Below are positions 1 to 10,574 of a stretch of 64,000 nucleotides of DNA, piece after piece (the first letter of the stretch is position 1; each line of letters opens with the position of its first letter). The DNA lies in contig OY970368.1 in NCBI GenBank assembly GCA_963718615.1, forward strand, positions 1,888,001 through 1,952,000, read 5' to 3'. Under the pieces are notes generated by a model. The model did no database searches, was not told the DNA's origin, and saw only the letters and a list, made by a program, of their open reading frames with translations. This DNA is from an uncultured cyanobacterium. Lineage in GTDB: Bacteria; Cyanobacteriota; Cyanobacteriia; PCC-9006; JAAUQQ01. The position numbers were made by a program, and so were the translations under genes.

Positions 1-1308
1 GATGGCAGCCGGGTGCAACATGAATTGAAAACGCTGCTCGGGCAACGGCTTTATGGATTGGTGCAAGGCTACGAGGACGTGAATGACCATGACGACCTTC
101 GGCATGAGCGATTATTTGGGGTAGTTCTGGGTCAGTTAGAAAGCCAGCATCCGCGCTGTGCACCGTTAGCGGGCAAGAGCACCCTCAACCGATTGGAGCA
201 AGCGATGCATGTCCCCCGCGACTTGTCAGATTCGCGCTACGTGAAACTGAGCCTGGACCCGGCTGCCATCGAGGCGCTCTTGGTGGAGCTATTCATCGAA
301 CAACTCGAAGGTGAACCGAAACAAATCATCCTGGACATGGATGTCACCGATGACCCCACCCATGGCACCCAGGAAGGTTCAGCGTTCAATGGGTATTACC
401 GCCATGACTGCTACACCCCGTTGCTCATCTTCAGTGGTCGCCATTTGTTGAGTGCAAAACTGCGACCGGCCAATGTGGACCCCGCAGCGGGAGCGTTAGA
501 AGAACTCCAACGCATCGTGGCTCAGATTCGAGGTCATTGGCCGAAGGTGAAGATTCTGGTGCGCGGCGATAGTGCTTACAGCCGAGATGACATCATGCTG
601 TGGTGTGAAGGTGAAGCCCAGGTGGACTTTGTTTTTGCCCACAGCAGCAATGAGCGCTTGCGCCAATTGACTTGGGGGTTAGAACAGCGAGCCAAAGCCG
701 TTTATGAGGCCCAGCGCCAAACGGTTGCTGCCACCTTAGAACCTCTGTTAGAGCAGAGTGCAAGTGAACTAGAGGCTGAACTCAACCGCTTGGTTCCGCC
801 CCAGGTTTGGCATCAGTCCTTGAGCTATGCCACGCTTAAATCCTGGAGCTGTGAGCGTCGCGTCATTTGCAAGCTCACCTACGATGGCAATGGCCCACGT
901 CGCCATTTCGTTGTCACCTCTTTGACAGCACAGCAGGCCCATCCCGCTCACCTTCACCGCGATTATTACTGTCCGCGAGGAGAGATGGAAAATCGCATCA
1001 AGGAGCATCAGCTTGACCTCTTCAGCGACCGCACCTCCACCCATGACTTTGAAAGCAATCAGCTCAGACTCTGGTTTTCATCCTTCGCCTATGTCTTGAT
1101 GCAGGCCCTGCGCCTCAAGGCACTCGCCAAAACTGAACTCGCTGATGCGACTCTGGGCACCATTCGACGCAAGCTGCTCAAGCTTGGCGCACAGGTTCGC
1201 ATCTCTGTCAGGCGCATTCTCGTCGCATTCACTTTCGCTTCGCCCATACAAACCCTCTTTGAAGCGGCAGCACAACAGTTGCGCAGACGACTCCCTAGGC
1301 CAGGATAG
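1..1308 (+). CDS. IS1380-family DDE transposase (5' partial)
   Basis: Motifs GYEDVNDHD, LDMDVTDDPTHG-QEG, VRGDSAY and Y..RGEMENRIKE. Frame is open from position 1. Confidence 0.92.
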   Translation, partial: DGSRVQHELKTLLGQRLYGLVQGYEDVNDHDDLRHERLFGVVLGQLESQHPRCAPLAGKSTLNRLEQAMHVPRDLSDSRYVKLSLDPAAIEALLVELFIEQLEGEPKQIILDMDVTDDPTHGTQEGSAFNGYYRHDCYTPLLIFSGRHLLSAKLRPANVDPAAGALEELQRIVAQIRGHWPKVKILVRGDSAYSRDDIMLWCEGEAQVDFVFAHSSNERLRQLTWGLEQRAKAVYEAQRQTVAATLEPLLEQSASELEAELNRLVPPQVWHQSLSYATLKSWSCERRVICKLTYDGNGPRRHFVVTSLTAQQAHPAHLHRDYYCPRGEMENRIKEHQLDLFSDRTSTHDFESNQLRLWFSSFAYVLMQALRLKALAKTELADATLGTIRRKLLKLGAQVRISVRRILVAFTFASPIQTLFEAAAQQLRRRLPRPG

Positions 1309-1559
1309 ACCGATGAGTAGAACTCTAGCCTTTCGCTCCGACTTTAATTCAACGACTCTCCAAGGGTGAGATTACACACCCTTGCTTTGACCTGCTCAAA
1401 ATCTGCCTGAAGCCCCATATCTAGAGCACAATGACTACCTTTACAGCATAGACAGCCTGAAAGATGCCTCAGGCATCCTCTATTGCTCGAGTCAACAGAC
1501 TGCTCATCTCATTTCGGGCAAGCCTGATACTCTCTATCCGCCCTGGTGAGAAATCCGGG
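1..1559 (+). mobile_element. IS1380-family insertion sequence (left end outside window)
   Basis: Contains an IS1380-type transposase. Ends in ...GGTGAGAAATCCGGG (~1559), resembling IS1380 right ends. Confidence 0.8.
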
Positions 1560-1660
1560 CTAAACCAGCCACAAAGAATTGAAGCTAATAAAAAGAAAAC
1601 AATTAAAATAATCGAGATTTTAGCATGGTAGCGCTCTTGCTCTGGCCAGACACTAAACAT
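1560..1660 (-). pseudogene. 5' stub of a membrane-protein gene probably interrupted by IS1380
   Basis: ORF 1469..1660 has a hydrophobic N-terminus (IILIVFFLLASILCGWF) and then reads into the IS end. It lies directly downstream of the GT4 gene. Confidence 0.4.
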
Positions 1661-1704
1661 TGGTCACCTCAAGCCCAAACGGATTAGTTAATGCGATGGC
1701 AAAT

Positions 1705-4239
1705 CTAGCAAGCTAGGGGAGGCAGAAGGCGACGTAAGCGTTGGCGAAGCACTGGCCAATTAATCGGTTTAGTAATGTAGTCGTCAGCACCGGCAGAAAA
1801 GGCACGATTCACCGATTCTTCATCCTCTAAGGACGTGATGAGCAAAACCAGTAGCTTCGAGTGACTAGAGGGTTGAGATTGGGCGCGATCGCACTGTTTC
1901 AACGCGGCACAGCAATCAAATCCATTCATTCCCGGCATCATGGCATCTAGCAAAACAATCTGAGGACGGAGTTGTGCGTAGAGTTGAAGGGCCGTTTCTG
2001 CATCTGCCGCTTCTGCCGTTCGATAGCCTTCATGTTCTAGAAAACGTCTAAAGATCTTCCGAATCAGCTTTTCATCATCCACAATCAACACTAGGGGCTG
2101 ATTGTCTAAATTCTGGCGTTCCGCCTCTGATTCCCATACGGGCGTATCTAAGAGCGATTGACGATTCTCCGTTAACAGTTGCGTGGCGATCGCCCGGTCA
2201 ACAGGTGGGGATAAAAGCTCACCTTGACCAATTTGAAATCCTAAGGATTTTAGCGTTTTTAGCTGTTCTGGCGTTTCAATGCCCTCTGCATGGAGCGGCA
2301 ATGATAGGTCCGCCGCAAGAGAGATCAGAGATTCGATGAGCGAACGATAGCCACGTCTGGTGCCAATGGTTCGAATTAAATTGCGATCAAGGGCGAGACC
2401 ATCCAGGGGAAACTGATGGAGAGATTGTAATGATGCAACCCCTGAGCCAAAGCTGTCGAGATAGATCTGAATTCCCCGTTCTCGAAGCTGGAAAAGAATC
2501 GCGATCGCCGCTGCTGGATCTTGCTGTAGGACGGTTTCGGTGATGTCAAACCCCAAACTAGAACCGGGCAAACCTTGGGCAAACCAGCAGGTTTCCAAAT
2601 CATGCATGAGCCGAGCATCAAAGAATTGTTGAGGTGATAAATTGATGCGTAGGTATTGGGGTGCAAGGGGAAAGGTTTCTTGCCAGAGCTTGAGTTGGAT
2701 TGCCGATTCTTCCAAAATCCAAGCCGTTAGATCCCGAATCCATCCGGTCTCTTCCAGGCGAGGCAAAAAATCACGGGGTAGCAAGAGCTGATCAAAGCTT
2801 TGTTGCCATCGTAAGAGTACTTCAAACCCTTGAATTTGTGAAGTTTTAAACGAGAAAATCGGTTGAAAATAGAGGCGAAACTCCTTTTGTAAAATGGCTT
2901 GATGCAAATCTGCATTTTTAAGAACGGCTTGTTGTAAAACCCGTTGATACTGTTTGCTAATGGCCTGAGGTGTAAAGTTCTTAGCCACATAAAAGTGGCC
3001 TGCTTCACCCAATTGCTCTTTCATTGCACTCTCGTTAGAGAGATAGCGAATAAAAGCCGCTAAACCCGAGCCATCACCATTCGAGAAGGCTGCGCCACAG
3101 CGAGCATCTGCCACCATTTGCCGGAGATAGGAATGGGCTTCACAAATGACAGCAATAGGACGTCCAGAAGCCAGTGCCGAATAGAACTTGCTAGGTGCGA
3201 CTAATCCTTCCATGCCAGGTGCAATACTCACGAGGGCCAAATCACAGGCGGTGAGAGATTGGGGTAGGCGCGATCGCTCCTGATAGGGCAAAAACTTACA
3301 GTTTTCTAGTCCTAACGCTGCAACTCTTTCCATGCATTCTTCTCGCTTAGGTCCCCCACCAATGAAAACGAATTGGATATTTTCTGCCTTTAACTCCTGG
3401 GCAGCATCTAAAATGGTATCCATGTCATGGCAACGACCCATATTGCCTGAATAGAGAACCGTAAAGGTATCGACTAAGTGATGTTCCTGGGCAAAGGCAT
3501 TCTCTTGTTTGGGCAATGGCTTAATCCAGGTGGAGTCAGCCCAGTTATGAATAATAACAATTTTTCTGGCAACGCTAGGCGCACGATTGACAATGCGCTC
3601 CTGCATAGTTTCGCTAGGAACAATGATCACGCTAGCACGTTGCCAAACTGCTTTATTGACCGCATTCCAAAACCGAACAATCCAATGATTTTCTGAAACG
3701 ACACCCAGCTCGATCGCGACTTCGGGATAAAGATCGTAGACCAGACAAGCATAGGGAATTTTGAACAAAACATGCATTAAATAGCCGAGGGTTTGCAGAT
3801 AGGGGGGCTCACTGACAAACAGCAGCAGATCCCCTCGGTTGCTCGGTAGGCAAAGATAGAGAGCTGCCCGTAGGCAAAACAGAAGGCCACGCAGCATTCG
3901 GCCTAGAAAATGGCGATCGCCCCAGCGGGAAACCCGAGAGCGTTGCACTTTGACGCCTGATCGAATTTCCTGACGAGCCGCATTGGCTTCGGTGTAGGCG
4001 TAGCCCGGCATGCCTGTAAATACCGTGACATCCATTGCTTGATTGCTCAAGTTCTGTGCCAATTCTTCAACAAATTGACCTGTCGCGGCAAAATCCGGCG
4101 GATAGAATTGAGTTAAAATCGTTAGACGAACGGCAGAAGATGTCGCTGAGGCTGAGAATTTTTCAAGGTCTGCTACGTGTTGATCGCTGAGGGGGCGCTG
4201 GAACTTGAGGGCAGGCGGAAACGGTTGGGTGACAGTCAT
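1705..4239 (-). CDS. GT4 (WcaI-like) glycosyltransferase fused to an EAL domain and a C-terminal receiver domain
   Basis: GT4 motifs QFYPPD, LYSGNMGR and PSKFY. EAL motifs FQPI..EVLLRW, DSFGSG and AEGIET. REC motifs LIVDDE, LLDAMMP and DYITKP. Start placed at the ATG at 4239. Confidence 0.85.
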   Translation of the reverse strand: MTVTQPFPPALKFQRPLSDQHVADLEKFSASATSSAVRLTILTQFYPPDFAATGQFVEELAQNLSNQAMDVTVFTGMPGYAYTEANAARQEIRSGVKVQRSRVSRWGDRHFLGRMLRGLLFCLRAALYLCLPSNRGDLLLFVSEPPYLQTLGYLMHVLFKIPYACLVYDLYPEVAIELGVVSENHWIVRFWNAVNKAVWQRASVIIVPSETMQERIVNRAPSVARKIVIIHNWADSTWIKPLPKQENAFAQEHHLVDTFTVLYSGNMGRCHDMDTILDAAQELKAENIQFVFIGGGPKREECMERVAALGLENCKFLPYQERSRLPQSLTACDLALVSIAPGMEGLVAPSKFYSALASGRPIAVICEAHSYLRQMVADARCGAAFSNGDGSGLAAFIRYLSNESAMKEQLGEAGHFYVAKNFTPQAISKQYQRVLQQAVLKNADLHQAILQKEFRLYFQPIFSFKTSQIQGFEVLLRWQQSFDQLLLPRDFLPRLEETGWIRDLTAWILEESAIQLKLWQETFPLAPQYLRINLSPQQFFDARLMHDLETCWFAQGLPGSSLGFDITETVLQQDPAAAIAILFQLRERGIQIYLDSFGSGVASLQSLHQFPLDGLALDRNLIRTIGTRRGYRSLIESLISLAADLSLPLHAEGIETPEQLKTLKSLGFQIGQGELLSPPVDRAIATQLLTENRQSLLDTPVWESEAERQNLDNQPLVLIVDDEKLIRKIFRRFLEHEGYRTAEAADAETALQLYAQLRPQIVLLDAMMPGMNGFDCCAALKQCDRAQSQPSSHSKLLVLLITSLEDEESVNRAFSAGADDYITKPINWPVLRQRLRRLLPPLAC

Positions 4240-4307
4240 GGTAGAGCACAGAAACGATGGTAGTATCAGGCTAGACAGCAGCAAGCTAAATAGTTAAGCG
4301 GATCAGT

Positions 4308-5105
4308 TTAGGCATCTGAGATAGAAGGAGCAGGCTTAAATGGAGAGATATTAAATCGCCATTTGATATATATGGAACGAGCGATCGCCAGCCCAATTAA
4401 CAACAAGCCTAAAAGGGGCTGAACTTCAAAAGGAATGGGTTTTGCCGAAGCCAGATTGACGGTTGCGTCTTGCCCTAAATTTGCGCTTTGAAAAATAGAC
4501 CAAAAGTTCTTCTCGCCAACATCAACGATGAGAAGGCCATCATTGAAATCATTGTCACTCCCAGAACCGGCAATATCCTCATAGCCCAAAATCAATAACG
4601 GAATGGTTTGATTAGGATCCGCATAGGCAACCCAAAAAACGGGTGAATTGGGATTGAAAGGACTCGTCGGATTAAGGGTTGAGTCTGTACTCAAAGCTGT
4701 TCTATTAGGTTGGAATACACCATTCGGCGTAACTGAGAAGTTGAGCTGAGTCCCCCCTTGAAGTTCGGAAAGCTGGACCCAATCTCCAACGGAAAGGGGA
4801 GCGCCTTTGCTCGGCAAGATACTGTTGTATCCTGAAAAATTAGAGAAAACGGTCGCTTCTCCTGTGGTGCTTCCGGTGGCAGAAACATTAATAGGAGATT
4901 GATAGCCTGCCCCCTCATTTAGAAAGGCAACCCGTGGTGCGTAGTCATCCGTAAGATACAGAGCACTACTATCAATAAGCCACAAATTGCTTGATTCTAG
5001 ATCAACGGCAACACGCTCTGAGATTCCCAGTTGACTATAATTGCTTAAATCAAACCAGCTATTCTCAGCCGTATAGCTTTGGATATTACCGACAGTAATC
5101 CCCAT
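4308..5105 (-). CDS. DUF4114-like surface protein with a PFE-CTERM-type sorting signal
   Basis: GYEDIAGSGSDNDFND motif. C-terminal PIPFE followed by a TM helix and basic residues. Confidence 0.7.
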   Translation of the reverse strand: MGITVGNIQSYTAENSWFDLSNYSQLGISERVAVDLESSNLWLIDSSALYLTDDYAPRVAFLNEGAGYQSPINVSATGSTTGEATVFSNFSGYNSILPSKGAPLSVGDWVQLSELQGGTQLNFSVTPNGVFQPNRTALSTDSTLNPTSPFNPNSPVFWVAYADPNQTIPLLILGYEDIAGSGSDNDFNDGLLIVDVGEKNFWSIFQSANLGQDATVNLASAKPIPFEVQPLLGLLLIGLAIARSIYIKWRFNISPFKPAPSISDA

Positions 5106-5147
5106 CTTTAGACTCCTGACTACTAAGCTTTAATGCATGAATGAGAC

Positions 5148-5921
5148 TCAAAAATCTGCAAACTTTACGCCTAGGATTGATTGATAACGTAAAAGCTTGC
5201 GACCCATCACTAACGCCACTAAAAGAAGCAGGCCAAGGGTGGGAGAAACCTCTAAGGGAACTGCCTTTGACGTTCCTCCTGGGTCAGCGATCGCCGTACT
5301 ACCTTCTGTAATGGCTACATCTGTTGTGGCGGTTGGAGTCTCACTAGGGGGCAAGAGATCTGATGCAGAGCTTGTCTCGTTACCAGAGTTTGTTGTTGTA
5401 CTTCCAGAAGAAGTGGTGCTAGAAGAACCTGAAGAACTTGTTGTTGTGCTTGTTGCCGTGAGCAGAGGAGAATTCGTATTGATGCTGCTATCCGTAGTGC
5501 CAGAACCCGAAGAGGCACTGCTGACGTTTAACGTTTCAGCTCCGCTTTGGGTTCCGCCACTGACATCTAGAGAAAAAGTTAGTCCATCCGTGAGGGGTTG
5601 AGTCGTATCGCTCAGAAGACCGCTTCCACTTCCACTTGTACCTGTTCCGCCTCCGGCTAGTGCAGTAACATTAATGTTATTCACTTGAGTTTCATCAATC
5701 AGATTTGGCGTCTGATCTAGCGAGCTATCGGTAAACAGAAGGGGATCACTGGATTGAGTGGTTAGACCTAAGGCGTTTGTATCTGCCAGCCAAACGGTAC
5801 TGGGTGACAAACTCAATCCTGTGCCATTAGACTCTCCAACAGGAGTAGGCTCAGTTGCCAGTTTGATATCTGACCAATCAGTTGCGTATTGTTCAATGGG
5901 TGCAATCGTAACGTCAGCCAT
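5148..5921 (-). CDS. Ser/Thr-rich surface protein with a PEP/PFE-CTERM-like tail
   Basis: Low-complexity S/T/G body. C-terminus is VPLEVSPTLGLLLL...GRKLLR. Confidence 0.7.
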   Translation of the reverse strand: MADVTIAPIEQYATDWSDIKLATEPTPVGESNGTGLSLSPSTVWLADTNALGLTTQSSDPLLFTDSSLDQTPNLIDETQVNNINVTALAGGGTGTSGSGSGLLSDTTQPLTDGLTFSLDVSGGTQSGAETLNVSSASSGSGTTDSSINTNSPLLTATSTTTSSSGSSSTTSSGSTTTNSGNETSSASDLLPPSETPTATTDVAITEGSTAIADPGGTSKAVPLEVSPTLGLLLLVALVMGRKLLRYQSILGVKFADF

Positions 5922-5951
5922 GATGGGTATATCTCAAAAAAAGTTAAACAG

Positions 5952-6596
5952 CTAAGGCGTGCGGTTCAGTTGATATTTGTAGCTATATAAACTAGATCCG
6001 GTACGCTTGATGAAAATCCACACCAAAGAACGTCCCACATCCCGCAGGGTTCTCCACCGAGATTCTGGAGGATGGTTTGAAGGGATCGTTACCGCTGTGT
6101 ATGCTATACCCTGACTCCCCAAAACTAGATTGGCGATCGCCTTTGCTCGGGGCATATGATAATCCGAGGTGACTAGATAGAGGTGATGCAATTGCTGTTG
6201 TCGAAACGTCATCACTAACGATGTAAAGTTAGTAACCGTATCAACAGCATTTCGATCAAAATACAAGTTTTCGGATGGAATTCCGGCCTCCAAAAATAGG
6301 GGGAGAGCTTGCTCTTCCGTCAATCCTGAAGAGATCCAAATGGGTAACTCAGGATGAGCACGGGCAAAATAGGCCGTAAATGCTTCTCGAACAGGACTTC
6401 CTCCTAAGACCAGGATGGCTTGTGGTTGAGGGGCTTGGGAGAGGGCGATCGCCATTCGCAAAGGGATGCAACCCAAAACGCTCAGAAGAATAGCCAAGAG
6501 CATCAAACTGAACAGATGTACACCGCGACGTAGCAGGTTGCCGGCAATGCCCCTCCTTGGTGCAGATGCAGTAAACGAGAAAAAGGGAAAAGCCAC
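5952..6596 (-). CDS. YdcF/DUF218 family protein
   Basis: Motifs ILVLGG, DTVTNF and LVTSDYHMPRA. Confidence 0.88.
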   Translation of the reverse strand: MAFPFFSFTASAPRRGIAGNLLRRGVHLFSLMLLAILLSVLGCIPLRMAIALSQAPQPQAILVLGGSPVREAFTAYFARAHPELPIWISSGLTEEQALPLFLEAGIPSENLYFDRNAVDTVTNFTSLVMTFRQQQLHHLYLVTSDYHMPRAKAIANLVLGSQGIAYTAVTIPSNHPPESRWRTLRDVGRSLVWIFIKRTGSSLYSYKYQLNRTP

Positions 6597-6801
6597 AATT
6601 GCTCAGAAGTCGTGGAGAAAACAACTCTATTCTTGAATGTGAAGGATTGCGATGAAGTTGTTCCAGTGGTTGTTTTTAAAGACAAACATCGAGAACCTTA
6701 AAATCAACATTTTGATTTTAAAATTGGCTAAACGAACCGAGGCAATTGAAAGGGATTCAGCCCTGTATCGATTGTCTTTTGTCCATCTCCCGAACTTATT
6801 T

Positions 6802-7812
6802 ATGAATACTTTGAATCCTGAATCCGGAGCGCTAACTGAGGATTCACGTCAAAATGAGTCCTTGGAGGCTGAGAGTGCAATCCTTGAGGTCCAGGCCATG
6901 GAACCGTCTTCGTCTACAGTATTGAATGCTAGCCTACCCCCTCAGAATACGGGAAATAATTTCGCTAATGCCTCTCAAGGGGCTGCTAAATCCTTTTATT
7001 TAGAGGGATTACAACAAGTCACTGTCTTAGGGATCTGTCGCAGTATTGGCTATACACTTGTCTTTTTTGCCACTGTTGATTTGCTTTATGCCCTTATTCC
7101 ACCTAAGTTTACAGACCCTGTTTGGGAATTTCAGACCATTGGGGATTGGTTTGAACGGGTTCCCGTTTTAGTCTTGGGCCTCATGCTCGTTTTCTATGGT
7201 GAGCGCCATTTCCGAACCCGACTAGAACACCATTTGCTGCGTCTTCTCTCTTGGTTGAGTTTGGTTTTAGGGCTCAGCTTTTTGCTAATATTGCCGCTTT
7301 GTGTCAACGATGCGGTCCAAATCAATCGACTTAATAATCAACAGATTAATACTCAGCTTAATGAACAAAATGACCAGTTAGATAAAGCGCGATCGCGCAT
7401 CCTCTCCGCTTCTGAAGCTGAGCTCGAAACCCTATTATTAGCGCCAGAGCAAGCTGCGAAAGTTCCTAATGCACCCCGTACAACCAAAGTGGCCAAAAAT
7501 GTCGCACTAGACAATTTAGAAAAGGTAGCAGATCAGACTACAGAAAAAGCTAACCAGGCACGTAAAAACCTTAAGCGGAATCTACTAAAAAATACGGCTC
7601 GTTTGATAGCAGGATTCTTTGTTTCCTCGGGTCTTCTCTTCTATCTATGGAAAAAGACAGATTGGGCTCGTAATCTCAGCAGCTATAAGCGTGCGATGGT
7701 TGTCCCTAAAACTAAGCAACAAAAATCCTTTAACCCAGGTCAAGATCTTGCTCGAATGACGGCTAAAAAAACAACCTTAAAGGTCAAGGGCCGTAAGCAC
7801 AAGGCTAAGTAA
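6802..7812 (+). CDS. HpsJ-like membrane protein (cyano-exosortase associated)
   Basis: P.WEFQTIG..ERVPVL.LG motif, four TM segments with a coiled region, adjacent to the exosortase. Start uncertain (6652 or 6802). Confidence 0.7.
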   Translation: MNTLNPESGALTEDSRQNESLEAESAILEVQAMEPSSSTVLNASLPPQNTGNNFANASQGAAKSFYLEGLQQVTVLGICRSIGYTLVFFATVDLLYALIPPKFTDPVWEFQTIGDWFERVPVLVLGLMLVFYGERHFRTRLEHHLLRLLSWLSLVLGLSFLLILPLCVNDAVQINRLNNQQINTQLNEQNDQLDKARSRILSASEAELETLLLAPEQAAKVPNAPRTTKVAKNVALDNLEKVADQTTEKANQARKNLKRNLLKNTARLIAGFFVSSGLLFYLWKKTDWARNLSSYKRAMVVPKTKQQKSFNPGQDLARMTAKKTTLKVKGRKHKAK

Positions 7813-7890
7813 AATCAAGCCTAGACTATCTAATGAAATTCAGCTCAACTCAAGCTATACAACATTGTACAATCGACAGAAACTCAGTTT

Positions 7891-8748
7891 TTGATGGAAG
7901 CAAAGCGAGTTCCAATTCTAGCCACGAACTTAAAAGAAGCAAGACGACTTGGCCTTTGTTTAATTGGTTTTCACCTCTGCTTAACCTTACAACTGACAGG
8001 ACGTCAGGATCAACTGATTCTCAATGGTTTGTTTTGGGCCGCCATTGCTTCCGGTCTATGGCAACGTCGCGATCGCCTCCCACTTCAGAGTTCTCGGGCC
8101 AATCAACGGTGGGGATTTGTCTTACTGGCTACGATGGTTTTACTGGCAGGTGGTATTTTACCAACCTTGCCCATCACCGCGTTTTGGGTTCGCCTGATTC
8201 CTGCTATAGCCTTTGGGGGCTGGATGCTCATAGTCTCGGGATTAGGCTGGCGTCAATATGCGTCTGAATGGATTTTAGTTATCATATTAATGGTGCCCCA
8301 AGGGGGTTTGAGTCATAGTCTCAAGCCCTTGATTGCTTATCCGTTACAAACGCTGTTGGCCCAGCTTTCCCACTTTTTCTTACATTACTTTGGGGTTGAA
8401 GTAACGCGTAGGGGTATACAGTTATTGCTTCCCCAGGGAAGTGTCATTGTCGAGTATGGTTGTGTCGGACTACCCCTCTTGATTCTGTTACTTCAGTTGG
8501 TGCTTTTATTGAGCTATCGAGAACCCCTTTCTAAGGGGCAGTGGTTCCAGCTTATCATTAGTGCGATCGCGATCTTTTTGGGAGTGAATACCTTACGTAT
8601 CTCATTGATGGCTTGGTTGGTTAATCAACCGGAATGGTTTGATTATTGGCATAGCCCAACTGGTGCAGAATGGTTTTCTACGGGGGCGATCGCCTTGCTT
8701 TTTGGAGTTTACAGTCAGATGACTTCCAAAAAAGCTAAATTGGTTTGA
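7891..8748 (+). CDS. Exosortase/archaeosortase family protein (cyanoexosortase-like)
   Basis: Polytopic membrane protein with the catalytic triad motifs VEYGCVG (Cys), NTLRI (Arg) and YWHSPTG (His). Confidence 0.82.
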   Translation: MMEAKRVPILATNLKEARRLGLCLIGFHLCLTLQLTGRQDQLILNGLFWAAIASGLWQRRDRLPLQSSRANQRWGFVLLATMVLLAGGILPTLPITAFWVRLIPAIAFGGWMLIVSGLGWRQYASEWILVIILMVPQGGLSHSLKPLIAYPLQTLLAQLSHFFLHYFGVEVTRRGIQLLLPQGSVIVEYGCVGLPLLILLLQLVLLLSYREPLSKGQWFQLIISAIAIFLGVNTLRISLMAWLVNQPEWFDYWHSPTGAEWFSTGAIALLFGVYSQMTSKKAKLV

Positions 8749-8799
8749 CTTGCCTAAAGCAAGGGTGAACGATAGAAGAGAAAACTTACCATTGCTATT

Positions 8800-9726
8800 T
8801 TAGGGCTGAGCAACATACTGCAACGCTTGGGCATTAGAATCTAGGGGGGCTAGCCGATTTTGATAGACCAAGGCTTGGTGTATAAATGCTGCCGCATTAC
8901 CTCGTTCCAATGGTGCATTGGGTTGGAGCTGTTTGGGGTTAGGATGGTTGACCACGAGCCCCGCTGTTGCCGCTTCGGCAACGGGATTTCGCAAGGCCGG
9001 TGAGAGCTGATCTGCATCCGTAAAATAGGCCAAGGGATTGGCTGGAGAGGAGACGGGCGCGGAAGCGTCCTGTGTCGAAGCACTTGGTGCAGCAGATTTG
9101 GCAGGAGGTGCAAACAGTCCCATTAAACTTGTAGAGGCGAGGGGGAAAAGAAGCTGAGCTTTGGGCTGGCGTTTTTTGAGATTTCGGGATTGGTTTTGGG
9201 ATGTAACGGTAGGCGTAGTTGATGCTTTTGCAACGGGGACTGCGGTTGAGGCATCCAGATCTAAAGCCCGTGCGATCGCTGCTAAACCTTCTGCCCGAGT
9301 CATTGCGGTGCGAGGTTTGAATTGATCCTGATTTACCTCATTCATTAACCCAGTTTCATAGACTTCTTCAATCGCTGAAGCTGCCCAATATTGTTTTGGC
9401 ACGTCGTTGAAACGGCTAGCCGTTGGAATTTGACGCACATTGGTTTTTTCAAACGCATCCCGCAGAATGGCTGCATATTCATCCCGGTCAATCGCCTGAT
9501 CGGGGCGAAAGGTTCCATCAGGATAGCCTTCGACAATATTGGCGGTCTTCAGCGACTCGACAAACGGTCGTGACCAGTGATTGGTGGTATCAGGGAAAGT
9601 GCCGTTTTGGGCGATCGCCTGGGGACCAAACCAAGCCAGATAGCCTGAGGCGGCAACAACACCTACGCCCAAGATCATTGCCCATTTCCCAGCATTTAAT
9701 CCTATAAAATCTCTGTTTAATCCCAT
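8800..9726 (-). CDS. S-layer homology (SLH) domain protein
   Basis: Signal peptide followed by FPDT..HW..GYPDGTFRPD and FNDVP..YWA SLH repeats. Confidence 0.9.
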   Translation of the reverse strand: MGLNRDFIGLNAGKWAMILGVGVVAASGYLAWFGPQAIAQNGTFPDTTNHWSRPFVESLKTANIVEGYPDGTFRPDQAIDRDEYAAILRDAFEKTNVRQIPTASRFNDVPKQYWAASAIEEVYETGLMNEVNQDQFKPRTAMTRAEGLAAIARALDLDASTAVPVAKASTTPTVTSQNQSRNLKKRQPKAQLLFPLASTSLMGLFAPPAKSAAPSASTQDASAPVSSPANPLAYFTDADQLSPALRNPVAEAATAGLVVNHPNPKQLQPNAPLERGNAAAFIHQALVYQNRLAPLDSNAQALQYVAQP

Positions 9727-9830
9727 GAGTTACTTCTCCCTATTTCAGTACGATTTTAGGATTCAGACCTGTGTTTGAATTCGTCAAATTCCAAGTTAAA
9801 ACTTAAGCCACATACCAAATTTGATCCGAT

Positions 9831-10574
9831 CTATTCAACTCGATTCTCTAGAGTCTGAGTCGAAGATTCAACAGGTGTAACCTCAATCGTAATCGTCTCC
9901 TTTTGCACCGGAACTTCAATCGTTTCCATCGAAGTTTCTACCCGTTTTCGAACTGTAACTTCGCCCACTTTTTCGCGATGTTTCTGAGCAACCAAACGCT
10001 CTTCATAGAGTTTGAGCTGAGTGTCTTCCGTCGGAACGCTATAAAGTTCAGGTGTTCGATTGTAGCGAGAAACAGGAACAGAAGTAGGAGCGATCGCTGT
10101 TTGAGCGCTAGGTGTTCGTGCACCAACCGCGCCTGTCATTTCAACACCTGTCATTTCAACGGGGCTCGTCGTTTCCACCGCAGCGGATTGTTCTACGCTA
10201 GCCATAGAATATACCTGACTCACCTGCTCTTCGTAGGGGTCATCAATGACTGAATCAGGATCATAGGTGGGTAAATGCTCCACCTCTTCTCGGGTTAAAT
10301 TAATGGCATACAGGCGATCGCGTTCTGCCCCTAAACGGGCTCGCCCCACGGGAAGTAAAACAGTTTTTCCAAAAACCCAAAAGCCGGTATCGACAACAAA
10401 GTAACGGAAGTATCCCTGTTCATCCAGCAATAAATTCTTGACCGTACCCACTTTGTCTGACTCACGGCTGCTCTGTAAATCGTAGGTATAGACGTCTCGC
10501 CCTTTGATGTCGATACCATTGAAATACCGTTCAGCGTAATCCTGATACAGGTCGCTAATTTTGTACAATCCCAT
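9831..10574 (-). CDS. PRC-barrel plus DUF2382 domain protein
   Basis: RYFVVDTGFWVFGKTVLLPVG (PRC barrel) and LYEERLVA.K.REKVGEV (DUF2382). Confidence 0.85.
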   Translation of the reverse strand: MGLYKISDLYQDYAERYFNGIDIKGRDVYTYDLQSSRESDKVGTVKNLLLDEQGYFRYFVVDTGFWVFGKTVLLPVGRARLGAERDRLYAINLTREEVEHLPTYDPDSVIDDPYEEQVSQVYSMASVEQSAAVETTSPVEMTGVEMTGAVGARTPSAQTAIAPTSVPVSRYNRTPELYSVPTEDTQLKLYEERLVAQKHREKVGEVTVRKRVETSMETIEVPVQKETITIEVTPVESSTQTLENRVE

